Source: Candidatus Aenigmatarchaeota archaeon (GTDB lineage Archaea > Aenigmatarchaeota > Aenigmatarchaeia > QMZP01 > QMZT01). Taken from it: DNA of 64,000 nucleotides. The number at the start of each line of letters is the position of its first letter. Position 1 is the stretch's first letter. The translations under genes and the position numbers were made by a program. This document shows, piece after piece, positions 47,680 to 60,300 of the stretch. The notes under the pieces were generated by a model. It ran no database searches. It had not been told where the DNA came from and saw only the letters and a list, made by a program, of their open reading frames with translations. Where the stretch lies: positions 124,711 through 188,710 of the forward strand of contig JAFGCI010000004.1 in NCBI GenBank assembly GCA_016932735.1, given 5' to 3'.

Positions 47680-47870
47680 AGTGGGCAAGAATCAGTGCTT
47701 GTCAGAGCAATAGTTAAAACACGAGTGCGAGGTGTTTTGTGAGGGGAGAAGCGAGGGGAGTCGTTAGATGTTTGGTTATATCTAATAAGAACTCCTCATT
47801 TTTTTTACCGGTAAGAGAACAGCCGATTTACTCTTATCTCTCCCCCAAATAACCGGTCAGGGAGAGTCAG
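47680..47870 (+). ncRNA. Candidate structured cis-regulatory leader RNA
   Basis: Several hairpins, a hairpin followed by T8 (47755-47806), and anti-SD CTCTCCC (47838-44) complementary to SD GGGAGAG (47860-66). Confidence 0.45.
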
Positions 47871-48395
47871 ATGGAAGTAGAAAGGTTTGAATGGAAAGAA
47901 GAGGCAAAAAGGCGAATTCCGGATTTAAAAAGGTACATATTGATACTGACAGTTGTACTTATAACAGTCGCAATTATTACGGCGCTAATATTATTTCCCC
48001 CCGATTTATCTATTTTCAGTTTTAATCAGCCGTCAATTGAAGATATTAGTTCAGAATTGACAATATCTCCCGCGAGAAACGTTGCGGAAGAAAAGTATAT
48101 AATGACGATAGGGGAGGAGTCTACCATAAATTTTTCATTCCTTCCTGACAAGACAGGTGAGGTTAAATCCTCTATAGAACTCCCTCCAGGAGTGCAGTTG
48201 ATATCCGGTGAAATGCAGCTGAATGACAGTATTCAGTCTAATCAGACAAACTCTCTTAATGCTTACATAAGGGCTGTCCGTGTCGGCAAATGGACTATAA
48301 AAGGTTTAGTCATAACGGACAACGGGACATTCGAGAAATCCTTTGATTTATGCATAGATGTCCTGGAAGAAAATGCAAGGGATAGGTGTAAATGA
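47871..48395 (+). CDS. Membrane-anchored single Ig-like domain protein
   Basis: TM YILILTVVLITVAIITALILF then a beta-rich domain (ELPPGVQLISG...GKWTIKG); ATGA overlap with the next gene. Confidence 0.7.
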   Translation: MEVERFEWKEEAKRRIPDLKRYILILTVVLITVAIITALILFPPDLSIFSFNQPSIEDISSELTISPARNVAEEKYIMTIGEESTINFSFLPDKTGEVKSSIELPPGVQLISGEMQLNDSIQSNQTNSLNAYIRAVRVGKWTIKGLVITDNGTFEKSFDLCIDVLEENARDRCK

Positions 48396-51300
48396 AAAAA
48401 TCCCAAGTAAAATTTGGGTCTGGGCAGTTATCAATCCTTTTCGTATTCATAGCTGTGCTTATTTTTACGGTCTCATTTACAGGCATAGGGCAATCTGCAT
48501 CTCCTATAGTAGTAACATGTAACAAGGATAACTATGACACTAATGAGGTAATGGCATTTCAGGTTCAGGGAGATGCCGGCAAAGAATTCGGATTCTACAT
48601 ATACGGACCGGACGGGGAAAAAGTCTTTCCTTTAGGAGATCCTGTCTGGACTCTGAACAGTTACGGAATGCACAATTTCTATCTTGAAGGATTTGGAGAA
48701 AATGGTTTATACAAGGCCGTTGCTGTATTCGGTGAAGAAAGTTTTGAGAAAGTCTTTACTGTCGTAAGCGCTGCTGAATCAGAAAGCAATATTGAAGATA
48801 AGCAGGAATTATTGCCGGTTGAAAAGAATGTCGAAGAGGAAACAATGAACGGGGAAAAAACCGAGACCGAAATACAGGCATCAAAAAGGCCGCCCGGAAA
48901 ATATATGCATTACAAAAAGATATTGTCGTACCAGCCTGATGCAATAAAAGAAATACCTGAAGGAGCGATAAACGTCAATGTCTATACAGTCGGTAAGCCA
49001 GGAAAAGGAACTCTTGCGGATAAAACAGGACCATCTGAAACCGTCATAGAATATTACGCGCCTTCAGGGCCAGTAAGAGGTTCGGATTCGTTCGGGAATC
49101 CTATACAGGAAAGCGCAGAAAATGAAAGATACAAGCTGGCAAGTTATGGTACCGTTATAAATCTCGTTGAAGCGAAGGAGACACCTGGAAAAGTAAGACT
49201 CACTTATGAAATCATGAATGAAGGCGGAAAGGATTTCAGTTACATAGCATTAACCTCTTCCCAGAAGCCTATAGTAAACGCTTTCCGATTTGCTGAAAGG
49301 TCCAGAACAGTGTACCATTCCAACGAAACTATTTATGAAGGTGACGTCAGGGAAAGCCACCCCTACGCGACACGAAAGGATTACATACCCTACGATGAAA
49401 ACCTTCAGGAATCAAACTATACTGTAATATGCTATGCATACGAGGATTCCGTCCCTTACACCGAAAGGGAATATATAGAAATAAAATCGATTGCAATATT
49501 AACAGACTTCATTAACGAATGGAATGCGGAATCCAACATCATATTCGATCCGATAAAGGAGGAGCTGGAAGCGGCCGGAGCCAATTATGACATAAATATG
49601 CTTGAACCTGATATACTGCCCACATTTGATGAGACCGTCTACATATACCGCCTTGAACATAATCCTTCAGAGAGCACATACATAGAATATGAAACTCCTA
49701 ATGAGAAGACGAAGTTTCTTCTTCTTGATCCTGCCGGAGGCTCCTGGTGGAATTCCTCCTGGCTTTATACAATGAACCTGACCGTGGATTCATCCCTGGT
49801 TGATGCGGAATTGACAGACTTTCCGGTAATGGTCAACCTCACTTCCGGAAGGTTTAATTTCTCCAGAGCGCAGAGCAATGGAGAAGACATAAGATTCGTG
49901 GATAACTATTATAACGACTTGCCACATGAAATCGAGTACTGGAATGCGACATCACAGCAGGCGATAATCTGGACCCGACTTTCAAATGTATCAAATACCA
50001 CCGACACAACGTTCTGGATGTATTACGGTAATGATGCTGTATCCGACGGTCAGAACATGACAGGTGTATGGGATTCCGAATTCCTTCTTGTCCAGCATCT
50101 GGATGAAACCAGCGGGACATACCATTACGATTCGTCTCAATATGGAAACGACGGAACGGTAAGCAGCGTCACAATGGACTCCGCCGGAAAGATAGACGGC
50201 GGAGACCAGATTCTTGGCGGAAGCGGCAGATATGTACGCCACGACTTCAACACTTCAAATGTTGTGACAGTGTCTGCATGGGCGCAGCTTCCGGATAACA
50301 CCGACGACGACATGATATGGGTGATAGACAGGGTCGGCGTAAACGACCTTGACCTTTGGTTTACTGATGGATACACATCACCGAGGCTTTTCCTGAATAC
50401 ATGGGACAGCGACGGCAACCCTATATGCAGCCAGCCATCAGGTGTCGGCAACTGGCATCTCTATACAATGGTTATTGATAACGGAAACACAAACCTATAC
50501 ATCGACGGACAGCTTGCAGGCTCTCCTGGCTACAGAGACCCTACAGGAGTCGGATTTTACATATCATGGACAACGACTTACGGATGGAATGGCTACGTCG
50601 ATGAAGTCCGTGTATCCAATACTTCAAGAAGCCTTGCTTGGATTAATGCATCTTTCTACGCTCAGAATGATTCTCTGATTATATACGGCAAAGAAGAGGC
50701 AAGTTCTGATGTCTGGTGGAACATTTCATGGGATTTCAGAATTCTTGTAATTGTCAACAGCACCAATTTCACAAGAGACGACGACCCCATTGAAAAGTTT
50801 ATCAATTTCACGCAGGAATTGGAAAGTCTGGGCGCGGCGGGAAAGACCTTTGACAATAACTCAATACGAGTTTTTGAATATGATACAGCGACAAACCGTT
50901 ATCTTCATGAAGTCCCGTCCCAGTTTGACAATTCTTCCAGTTATAATGCAACGACTAACGCCTACGGCGAAGTCATATGGATAATGAACGGGACGACGCA
51001 GAACAATACTATAAGGAAATATTACATTTATTTTGATACGACAGATAGCCCTAAGTCAGAGCCTTCATATTACACCGACTTGTCATACACGTTTAATTCC
51101 GGAAATGCTGTAATACAGAATGAGCATTTCGAGGCGACTCTTGACGATTCTGGGGTCATTTCAGACATTGAAAATTACAATGGAAGCGGAACAGATGTCA
51201 TTGAAAACGACTGGTACTGGAACGCTTTCAGGACAGTTGACGATTGGGCAATACAGTCTTTCACGGCAGATTGGGTAAGAAGATATTGCGGGCCCGTAAG

Positions 51301-54300
51301 ATGTACCATTTCCTCGGAAAACATAACGGTCACGGATACTTCCTATGCAAACACAACATATTATGTTTATTCAAAAGTCCCCGAAATCAGAAGCCTCAAG
51401 TCGTGGACAATGTCCGCAAATGAAGGAATGCAGATAGTCGATGATCTTAATGTAGGTGGAGGGAACACATTCAACTGTACTGCAGGAGCAAATCCGTCAG
51501 TCACGGGAACAACTATGATGGATTCTTCAGGCGACAATGAGAGAACAGGCATTGACAGAAGTGCCGCCGGTCTCTATACCAGCGGCTGGTGGTCTTACAG
51601 AGTTATCGGAGCTTCAATAGACGCTTTTGCCGTTGTCAGAAAATACGCACACAACAGCACAGGAGGCGACTTCCAGATGCATACAAACTGGTACGACGGC
51701 GGCGAGCATTCCGCAGGCTGGGAATCCGGATATAATGGGGGAGCAGATTTCCAGAATGGGCAGACATACACAATCGCAAACTGTTATTACCTGGCAAATT
51801 CGACCGATTCCGACTACCAGTATGCTTTCGGTTATTATAATAAGACAATGTCTCCGGTAAATATAAATCTCAACAAGACAGAAGGTCTCGCAAATCCGAT
51901 GATTTCAAGCTCAAATATACAGGCAAACGACACCAATCCACAGGCCGGAGACGCGGTATTGATAAACGCCACAATAATAAATGACGGCTACAACAATGCA
52001 AGCAACATTAAAGTGAGGTTCTTTGACGGCGATGAAAACGGAATACAGATAGGTTCAGATAATTTGATAGAGTTTCTCGGACCCGGAGAAAACGGAACAG
52101 TAGAGGTTGTATGGGACACGACACTCAAAGGCGGAAGCCATACAATTACCGTTGTAATAGACCCCGAAGATTTTATCTTATCAAATCCTTCCGATAACAT
52201 AGCAAACATAACAATAAATGTAGAATCGTCTCTCGATCTAACAGTTCTTAACAGCGAGATATTTTTTGACAACGATGTCCCCTCTGCGGGAGAGGCTGTT
52301 AATATTACAGCCACAATACGCAATACAGGAACATCTACGACAGCATCTCCGGACGTGCGTGTGAAATTCTTCGACGGAGATCCCGGAGACAATCCCAGCT
52401 CGCCTTTATCGAACCAGATAGGAACAGATAAACTCATCTCCTCACTCCCTCCGGGAAATTCCTCAAACGTATCCGTTCTCTGGGACACCACAGGAGAGGA
52501 TGGCTATTACGACATTTATGTATGGATAGATCCATTTGACGTTTTCTTGGAAGACAATGAAACAAATAATAAAGCATACAGAGAAATCGCGGTCAACCCC
52601 CCGGAGCTTTATCTGAGTTCTAACGATATTATTTTTAATGTGACAAGTCCGATAGAAGGAGAGGATCTTCTAATTAATGCAACCATTCACAACAGCGGAG
52701 GAAATCCCGTTTACAACGTTCTCGTTTCATTCTATCAGGCGGCTGACGGACAGAACTACACACTGATAGATACAACGACATTGTCAGAGATAGGCAATGC
52801 TTCTTCAGAGAACGCCAGCGTTTACTGGGATACAACAGGGAATTCAGGAAGTTACACCATATTGGTATCAGCAGATTCTAATGACAACATTCCTGAGCAA
52901 AATGAAGACAATAATAATGCAACGAAACCTCTTTTCATAACACCCAATGTATGGGTATGGTGGAACAGTTCGTGGCATTACAGGATTCCGGTCACAATAA
53001 ATACAGGAAGCTATTCAAGAACAGACGAGCCGATAGAGAAATTTATCAACTTTACATACGAGCTTTATTCCCTGAATGTGACCGATGCATTAGACAACAA
53101 TTCCATAAGGGTCATAGAATACAACACAACCACAGGAAAGGCGATACACGAGATGCCGTCGCAGTTCGACAATGTATCGTCTTATAACAGCTCGATAAAT
53201 GCGTACGGTGAAGTAATATGGATTCTTAACGGAACTACTCCAAGCAACACCGACAGGTATTTCTTCATTTACTTTGACATTATAAACAACTCAAAAACAG
53301 CTCCTTCATATATCACAGATTTATCCGGCTCATTCAATGCCGGAAATACCCTTATACATAGCGACCATCTCAATGTGACCATAGACAACTCGGGCGTCAT
53401 AGACGACATAAGAAGCCTTGACGGAAACAGCTCTGATGTCGTCGAGAACTGGTACTGGAACTATTTCAGGGTCGAGAATCCATGGACGAACCAGGATTAT
53501 GCCACCGGCAACTGGGCATACCGCTACTGCGGTCCTGTCAGGTGCAAGGTAATAGTGGACGGCATAACGCTGAACGCCGACTTCTCCAATCTCAACACGG
53601 CATATCATGTCTATTCACAGTCAAGGGAAGTCAGGAGCTTCAAGAACTGGACAATGGTCAATTCACAGGGCCTTCAGATAGGCGACGACCTTAATGTCGG
53701 CGGATTGACCAATTTCACATGCACAGGTTCGAACCCGAGCTGGATAGAGACAGATTACATGGATACAGTAAGCGATGGTGAAAGGACCGATAGGAGCGGA
53801 TCTTATGCATACGAAAGCGGCTGGTGGGCATACACAATTACGAGCAGCAGCTACTGGGACGCGTATGCAGTTGTCAGGAAGTATGTAAGGGATGATCTGG
53901 GAAACAACATCACGATGCACACGAATTGGTGGGATGACGGCGAGCATGCCGCCGGATGGGAGCAGGGAGCAGAATATGGGGGAACAGATTTCACAGCAGG
54001 AAGGTCTTACTCGGCGGCAAACTGGTATTACGTGACGACGAACACGAACACGACGAGCTACCAGTACGCGGTCGATTATTATGACAGGACTCTTAATCTT
54101 TCACAAATAAATGTTTCGGGGGCTGAAGAGGTTCCCGAATTCAATGCCACGATAACATCTTCTGTAGGCGACCAGATAAGGGGAACTCTTATCAATCTGG
54201 AAGCTTCTGCCACAAACGAAGGAACTGTGGACGCTCTTGATGTATGGCTTAACTGGACACTGCCATCCGGATGGTCTGTTGATACAGGAACAGCAGAAAA

Positions 54301-57300
54301 ACCTCTCGGAAAATTGTCAGCTGGAGATACCGAATGGAACAATATAAGCGCCAATAATTATGGCGCCGCCCTTGGAGAACAAATATTATACTTCAACGCA
54401 AGTTCAGCCGACGGAATTGCTGGCGGAGATTACATAACTTTCAACCTTTCAGCAAATACATATCTTTTTGATTTCCAGAGCGATAAAGAGGAGCCAAAGG
54501 TGGGAGAGACCATCGTGTTTCAGGTCAAACTCGCATACGATAACGGAACTCAGATACCTGGCCAGAACGTCACGTTTTATGACAAGACCGACGGCGTCCT
54601 GATGGGTTCCAACATTACAGGCTCGCCTGCCTATCTTGAATATCTCATACCTTTAAGCGCCAGCGTCGGTACTCACGAAATAAACGCATCGTTCACAGGA
54701 AACGATTCGGTTTTCATTGAATCTTCTTACATAATTTATGAAATAGACGTGAAAGATGCTCCGCATATCAACAGCGTCTCAGCTTCTCCCCAGACAATCG
54801 GATACGGTTATACCGTTACTATTACTGCAAATGTAACGGACCAGACAGGAGTTGATACTGTAAGGATAAATATAACTTATCCTGCAGGGTCTTATTACGA
54901 GTATGATATGATTAACACCAGCCAGGACATTTATGAGTACAACTTCACAGACAGCTATACATGGGGTTCTTTCAGTTATACGATATGGTCTAACAACACA
55001 GACGGTGAGAATATCACAAGCTCTGTCAATTATTTCTATGTAAAGCCCAATCAGACAATGTCCATCCAGACGGATAAAACAGGCTACGGCCCCAATGAAA
55101 TGGTTGACCTGAAGCCGGCAGGTGATTGGTGGCGTGCATCATGGACATACAGGATTCCTATAAACATAACCGAGAATTCCGGGAGCAGCCTTACTGATTA
55201 CCAGATATATTACACCTTTGACAGCTCTGCTCTCATAGAATCCGGAAAGATGAACTCTTCATGCAAGGACATACGCTTTGCAGATACTTCCGGAACGGAG
55301 CTACCTTACTATCTTGAGGAATCGAACTGCAACACCAATGAGACGAATGTCTGGATAAAGGTTCCACAGATAACCGCGTCAGGAAACACAACCATCTACC
55401 TTTATTTCAACAATATGGAGGCGGAGAGCGAAAGCAACGTTACAGCCGTCTTCACTTATGACGAGCTTCAGGAACTTTATTACGAGATAAACAGCAGGCC
55501 GTCAAACGACAATCTAAATATATCGGCTTATGTGAATGGAACCAATGTTACCATCTCGACGCAATCAGCTCTTATAGACATTCAGGAAGTCGTGACTTTC
55601 AGTTCAATATCCCAGGGAGCCATCATAAATTCGACAGGTCCGATATCTGGAAAGATTCTCGACGACCAGACCGATACTTTCGCGCCCATGGCTTTTGCCG
55701 GGTCAAAATTTGGATTCCCGAGGACAAGAAATGGGACGGCTTATCTGGATGTATGGTTCATAAGGACGCCTTTCGGCGATGCGAACATCACGATATACAA
55801 CTATTCTGAAACAGGAATCCTCCAGAACAGCGACTCATTCTTCGTCGCCGAAGGGTTAACAACGACCCTGACATTCAATATAGATGATGAGGGAACAGGC
55901 CTTCTGGAATCCAACGTCTCAATACTTGCCGGATACAGACAGGGAGGAAACGATGCCGTGATTCTTTATCCGGCAACGACGGAATTATATGGCGTGTCAG
56001 CTCCAGGTTATGTGACCGTTCTTGAAGATGACACTGATTTGTATATATACCGTAGCGGAAGCAGTACATCTGTATCAACGAACCTGCAGAGGGGACAACA
56101 GTATTCTCTCGGTTCAAGCGGAACCCAGGGAACGGGAAACGCCTTCCATCTGTTATCTGACAAGCCCATCGTTGCGGCAAGCTTTGGAGACGGTGACGGG
56201 GGGGAGGCAATAGTCTTCTGGCATCCAAAGGAATTGAACACGGAGTACATAATTCCGACAGATACACAGTACATATCAATCTCATGCCCGCGAACAACAG
56301 AAATATCGCTTTATTACCCGAACGGGACACTGAACTCAACTGAGATTTGCACTTCTACAGATTCCGGTCCCGAATACCCGAGAAAGGCGTATTTTGGTTG
56401 CGGAACAACGAGCTGTGGTGCTGTATATCCTGCCGGCATGAGGGCTTTATCAAACGATACATTCTATGTATTTTATGAATACACTGACCAGGATGAAACC
56501 AATGTGTTAGGCCACATCCAGGCACGTAAGACGTCGTATCCGGAGCCAAACCTGTCTTCCGGAAACGAAGAGCTGATCGGCTCCATTTTCGACAACTTCG
56601 GCAGCGTTAACAGCACCGGATATTTCCTGATGAAGGTCCAGAAATATTCCGGCGGTTCCTGGGCTACTGCGTCTTCAGGAATAATACTCGAAGACAGGAA
56701 TCCTCCCCCAACCCAGAGGAACTTTACAGCATTCACATCGCTCGACCTTTCAACATTGTGGGGTGGTTGGAATACAAGCATCTGCGATCCCGGAACTTAC
56801 AGGGCTTATGTCGAGGTTGTCGATTCTGCTAATAACATACTTAAAGATGCATGGGGAAACGATCTTGTTTCAACTTACAACTTCACGCTCCTGTCCCCGA
56901 ATCCGGAAATAACAAACCTGACTCATGAGAACGGTTACGAGTACGGCATAGACGAATATGAAGTCGGAGATACGATAGAATGGATAAACATAACCATAAC
57001 CAACTACAATGCGACAGCCCTGAAGGCCAACATGACGCTCAATGTCATAGATTCCAGCGACGAGCAGGCTTCATGGGGACCCAGCTCAAGCCAGTATTGC
57101 GGTGATATACTCCCTGAAAACTCCTGCATGAAGAGATGGGACAATTCAAGCAACGGTTATCAGATACCTTTAGATGCGACCCCGGGAACTTATACGTTTA
57201 CATGGAACGTCTCTCTTGAATGGGAAAACGGAGACGGTTTTGTAAGCCTCAACTCATACACGTTCAAAGTTCACAATCTTTCAAACTATCTTGAAAGTGA

Positions 57301-60300
57301 GCTTTCCCCTTCCAGAATAAACCTGGGCGAAAATTCCACATACAACCTCACGATATTCAATCCATGGTCTAAGAATGCAACCGATATCAACATAACAATC
57401 AACTGCCCGGAAAATATAAATCTGACATGCCGGTGCGACATGTCGGGGCAGAGCGGCGAAAACTGTACTATAAGCAACATAGAAAGGACGCTTCTGGACA
57501 CCTGGCTGGAAACTTCATGGCCTTACAGAAGGCCCATCAACATAACAGAAAACACCGGCGAGGAACTTAGTGATTACCAAATTTATTATGTTTTCGATAC
57601 TACCCCCTACATAGCCTCCGGAGTCATGAATTCATCATGCAAGGACATAATGTTCTCTGATTATACAGGGGCAAATCTTCCTTATTTCCTTGAGCCGGGA
57701 ACATGCAATACGACAAACACGAGCATCTGGATAAAGGTTTCCAATATTGCCGCATCGGAAAACACAACAATATACCTTTATTATGGCAACATGAACACGG
57801 AAAGCGCAAGCAATGAAATCAGCACTTTCAGTTACGACACATTGCAGGCTTTGTACTATGAGCTTAGCGACGAAGCCTCGGGAAGCAATGTCTATATATC
57901 AGCTTATCAGGACGGAACATCAGTAAGCGTTGAAGGGACGACAGAGACGGTTGACAGGCAGGAATCTGTTTTGTTCGGATCTGTCTCACAAGGAACTTCA
58001 ATAAGCTCTACCGGACCTGTTTCAGGAAAGATGGCGATAACAGAGACCGGTACAATAGCACCTATAGCATTTGCCGGAAAGCAGTTTGCATTCCCATATG
58101 TAAGGACGGGAAACAACAATGATGTCTGGCAGGTCAGGACGCTTTTCGGCGATGCGAACATCACGCTTTACAACTACACAGCAGCGGGAGCTTTTGTAAA
58201 CTCTACATCTTTCATAATTCCAGATTCAACGACAACAACTATAACATTCAACATAAATGATACAGGAATGGGAATTCTGGAATCGAACGTTTCAATAATT
58301 GTTGAATACAGGGCCGGAGGAGGGAGTGACTCCGAAGTCCTTTATCCTGCAACAACCGAACTTTATGGAGTGTCAAGCAGCGGCTACGTCGGTGCTCTGG
58401 AAGACGGGACGACTGTATATGCGTACAGCAGCACCGGGAACAGTCCCGCCACAATAAATTTGGACAGAGGCGAAAGCTCTGCCTTGGGTTCTACAGGAGG
58501 TCAGGGAGCAGGCAGTTCTTTTCATCTCGTTTCCAATAAACCCATTGTCGGAATAAGCCAGGCAGACGGTGACGGGAATGAGGCAACAGTCTTCTGGCAT
58601 CCGAGAGAATTCAACAGTGAATATATCATCCCCTCACCCTCGGAATATATTGCAGTTGCATGTCCTCGGACAACAAATATCACGCTTTATTATTCCAACG
58701 GAACCTATTATTCGAGCCAGCTCTGCCAGTCCACAAACTCAAGTTCTGAATATGCAAGGAAAGCTCTTTTCACATGCAGTGGAAGTGCATGCTACACTGC
58801 AGGTATGATGGTTTCATCAAACGACACATTCTTTGCATACCACGAATACACCGACCAGGATGAAACCAACATGCTTAGCTTTAAGCAGGCAAGGAAGTCG
58901 GTATCTTCCGAACCGACATTATCGACATTAGGAAACGAGGAAACAAACATGTATAATGAATCGGTAAGCTTCCTTCTGATTACAAATTCTTCCACAGAAT
59001 TCGGCGACTATGACGTGAATGTAACGGTCACATACAAAAATCTCGGCAATGAAACAAAAACATACGAATACAGGAACAACCAAATACTGGAAATAAGGGT
59101 TGAAGGAGTCCAGCTCACTGATTTCAATTACCCTGTTAATGTCACAAGAAACAACACGATAAACCTGACCACTTATGTCAACAATACACGCGATTCCGGA
59201 GACGCGACCAACGTGTGGGTAAATTACACGACTTTGCCTGCGAACTGGTCGATAACAGCAGGCTACCAGAACCTTATGGTAGGTGACCTCTCTCCGGGGG
59301 AAATCAACTGGAGCAATATAACAGTTGATATAAACATAAACGCCACGCAGGGCCCCCAGCAGCTTGCAATAGAATCTAGCTCCGATGAAGGCTACTTCGA
59401 CAGGATAAGACCGGAGATAACAGTCTTTGCTGGGACCGATGTGAATCTTTATTCAAACGTTACTGATATAGTCATAGGAAATCAGGTAAAGCTTCTCGCC
59501 CACCTGACACTGGATACAGGAGCGGATTCAGTTTCAAAAAATATATCATTCTATGACAATTCCACTTATCTCGGCTCTGCAATAACCAACTCCACTGGCT
59601 GGAGCCAGCTTATTTACACCATACCGGTAGGCTCTGAAGTCAGGAACCACACATTCAATGCTACATATAGTATCAATTCCACTTCATACACATGGCAGTC
59701 TTATGATGAAAAGAATATCTCGGTTCACGACAAACCTTTAATAACAAATATAAGCGCATTGCCCAATGTACAGGGATTCGGGCAGAATGTAACCATAACA
59801 GCAAACGTTACGGATGAGGAAACCGTCGACTTTGTTAGAAGTTACATAACATATCCCAACACATCCTCGTTGTTGCTGACGCTTTCCAACGCGACTATGG
59901 ACATCTACAACAATACTTTCTCCAATACATGGCAGGCCGGCATTCATAGTTATTATATATGGGCAAACGACTCTCTTGGATACTATAATACATCAGACAC
60001 ATTTAATTTCCGCGTAAGCTCAAACGGAAGCCTTATAATAAGAGGCGACAAGAGTTCCTACGGTCCCAATGAAAATATAGCCGTCAACGGGACGCCTCTT
60101 GACTGGTGGAACGATTCATGGATTTACAGGAAGGCCGTCATCATTCAGGAGACAGGCGGCAGCAACCTTTATGAATACCAGATAAAACTGAACCTGACTT
60201 CCGGTAATTTCAATTTCTCAAAGACTAACCAGACAGGAGATGATATCAGGTTCATCTGGTATAATTCGACAAGTTCCCAGTATGAACTGGTCCCATACTG

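Noticed and set aside
47680-47870. SRP RNA or RNase P RNA
   Set aside because: Too short and lacks the SRP helix-8 and RNase P P4 consensus motifs
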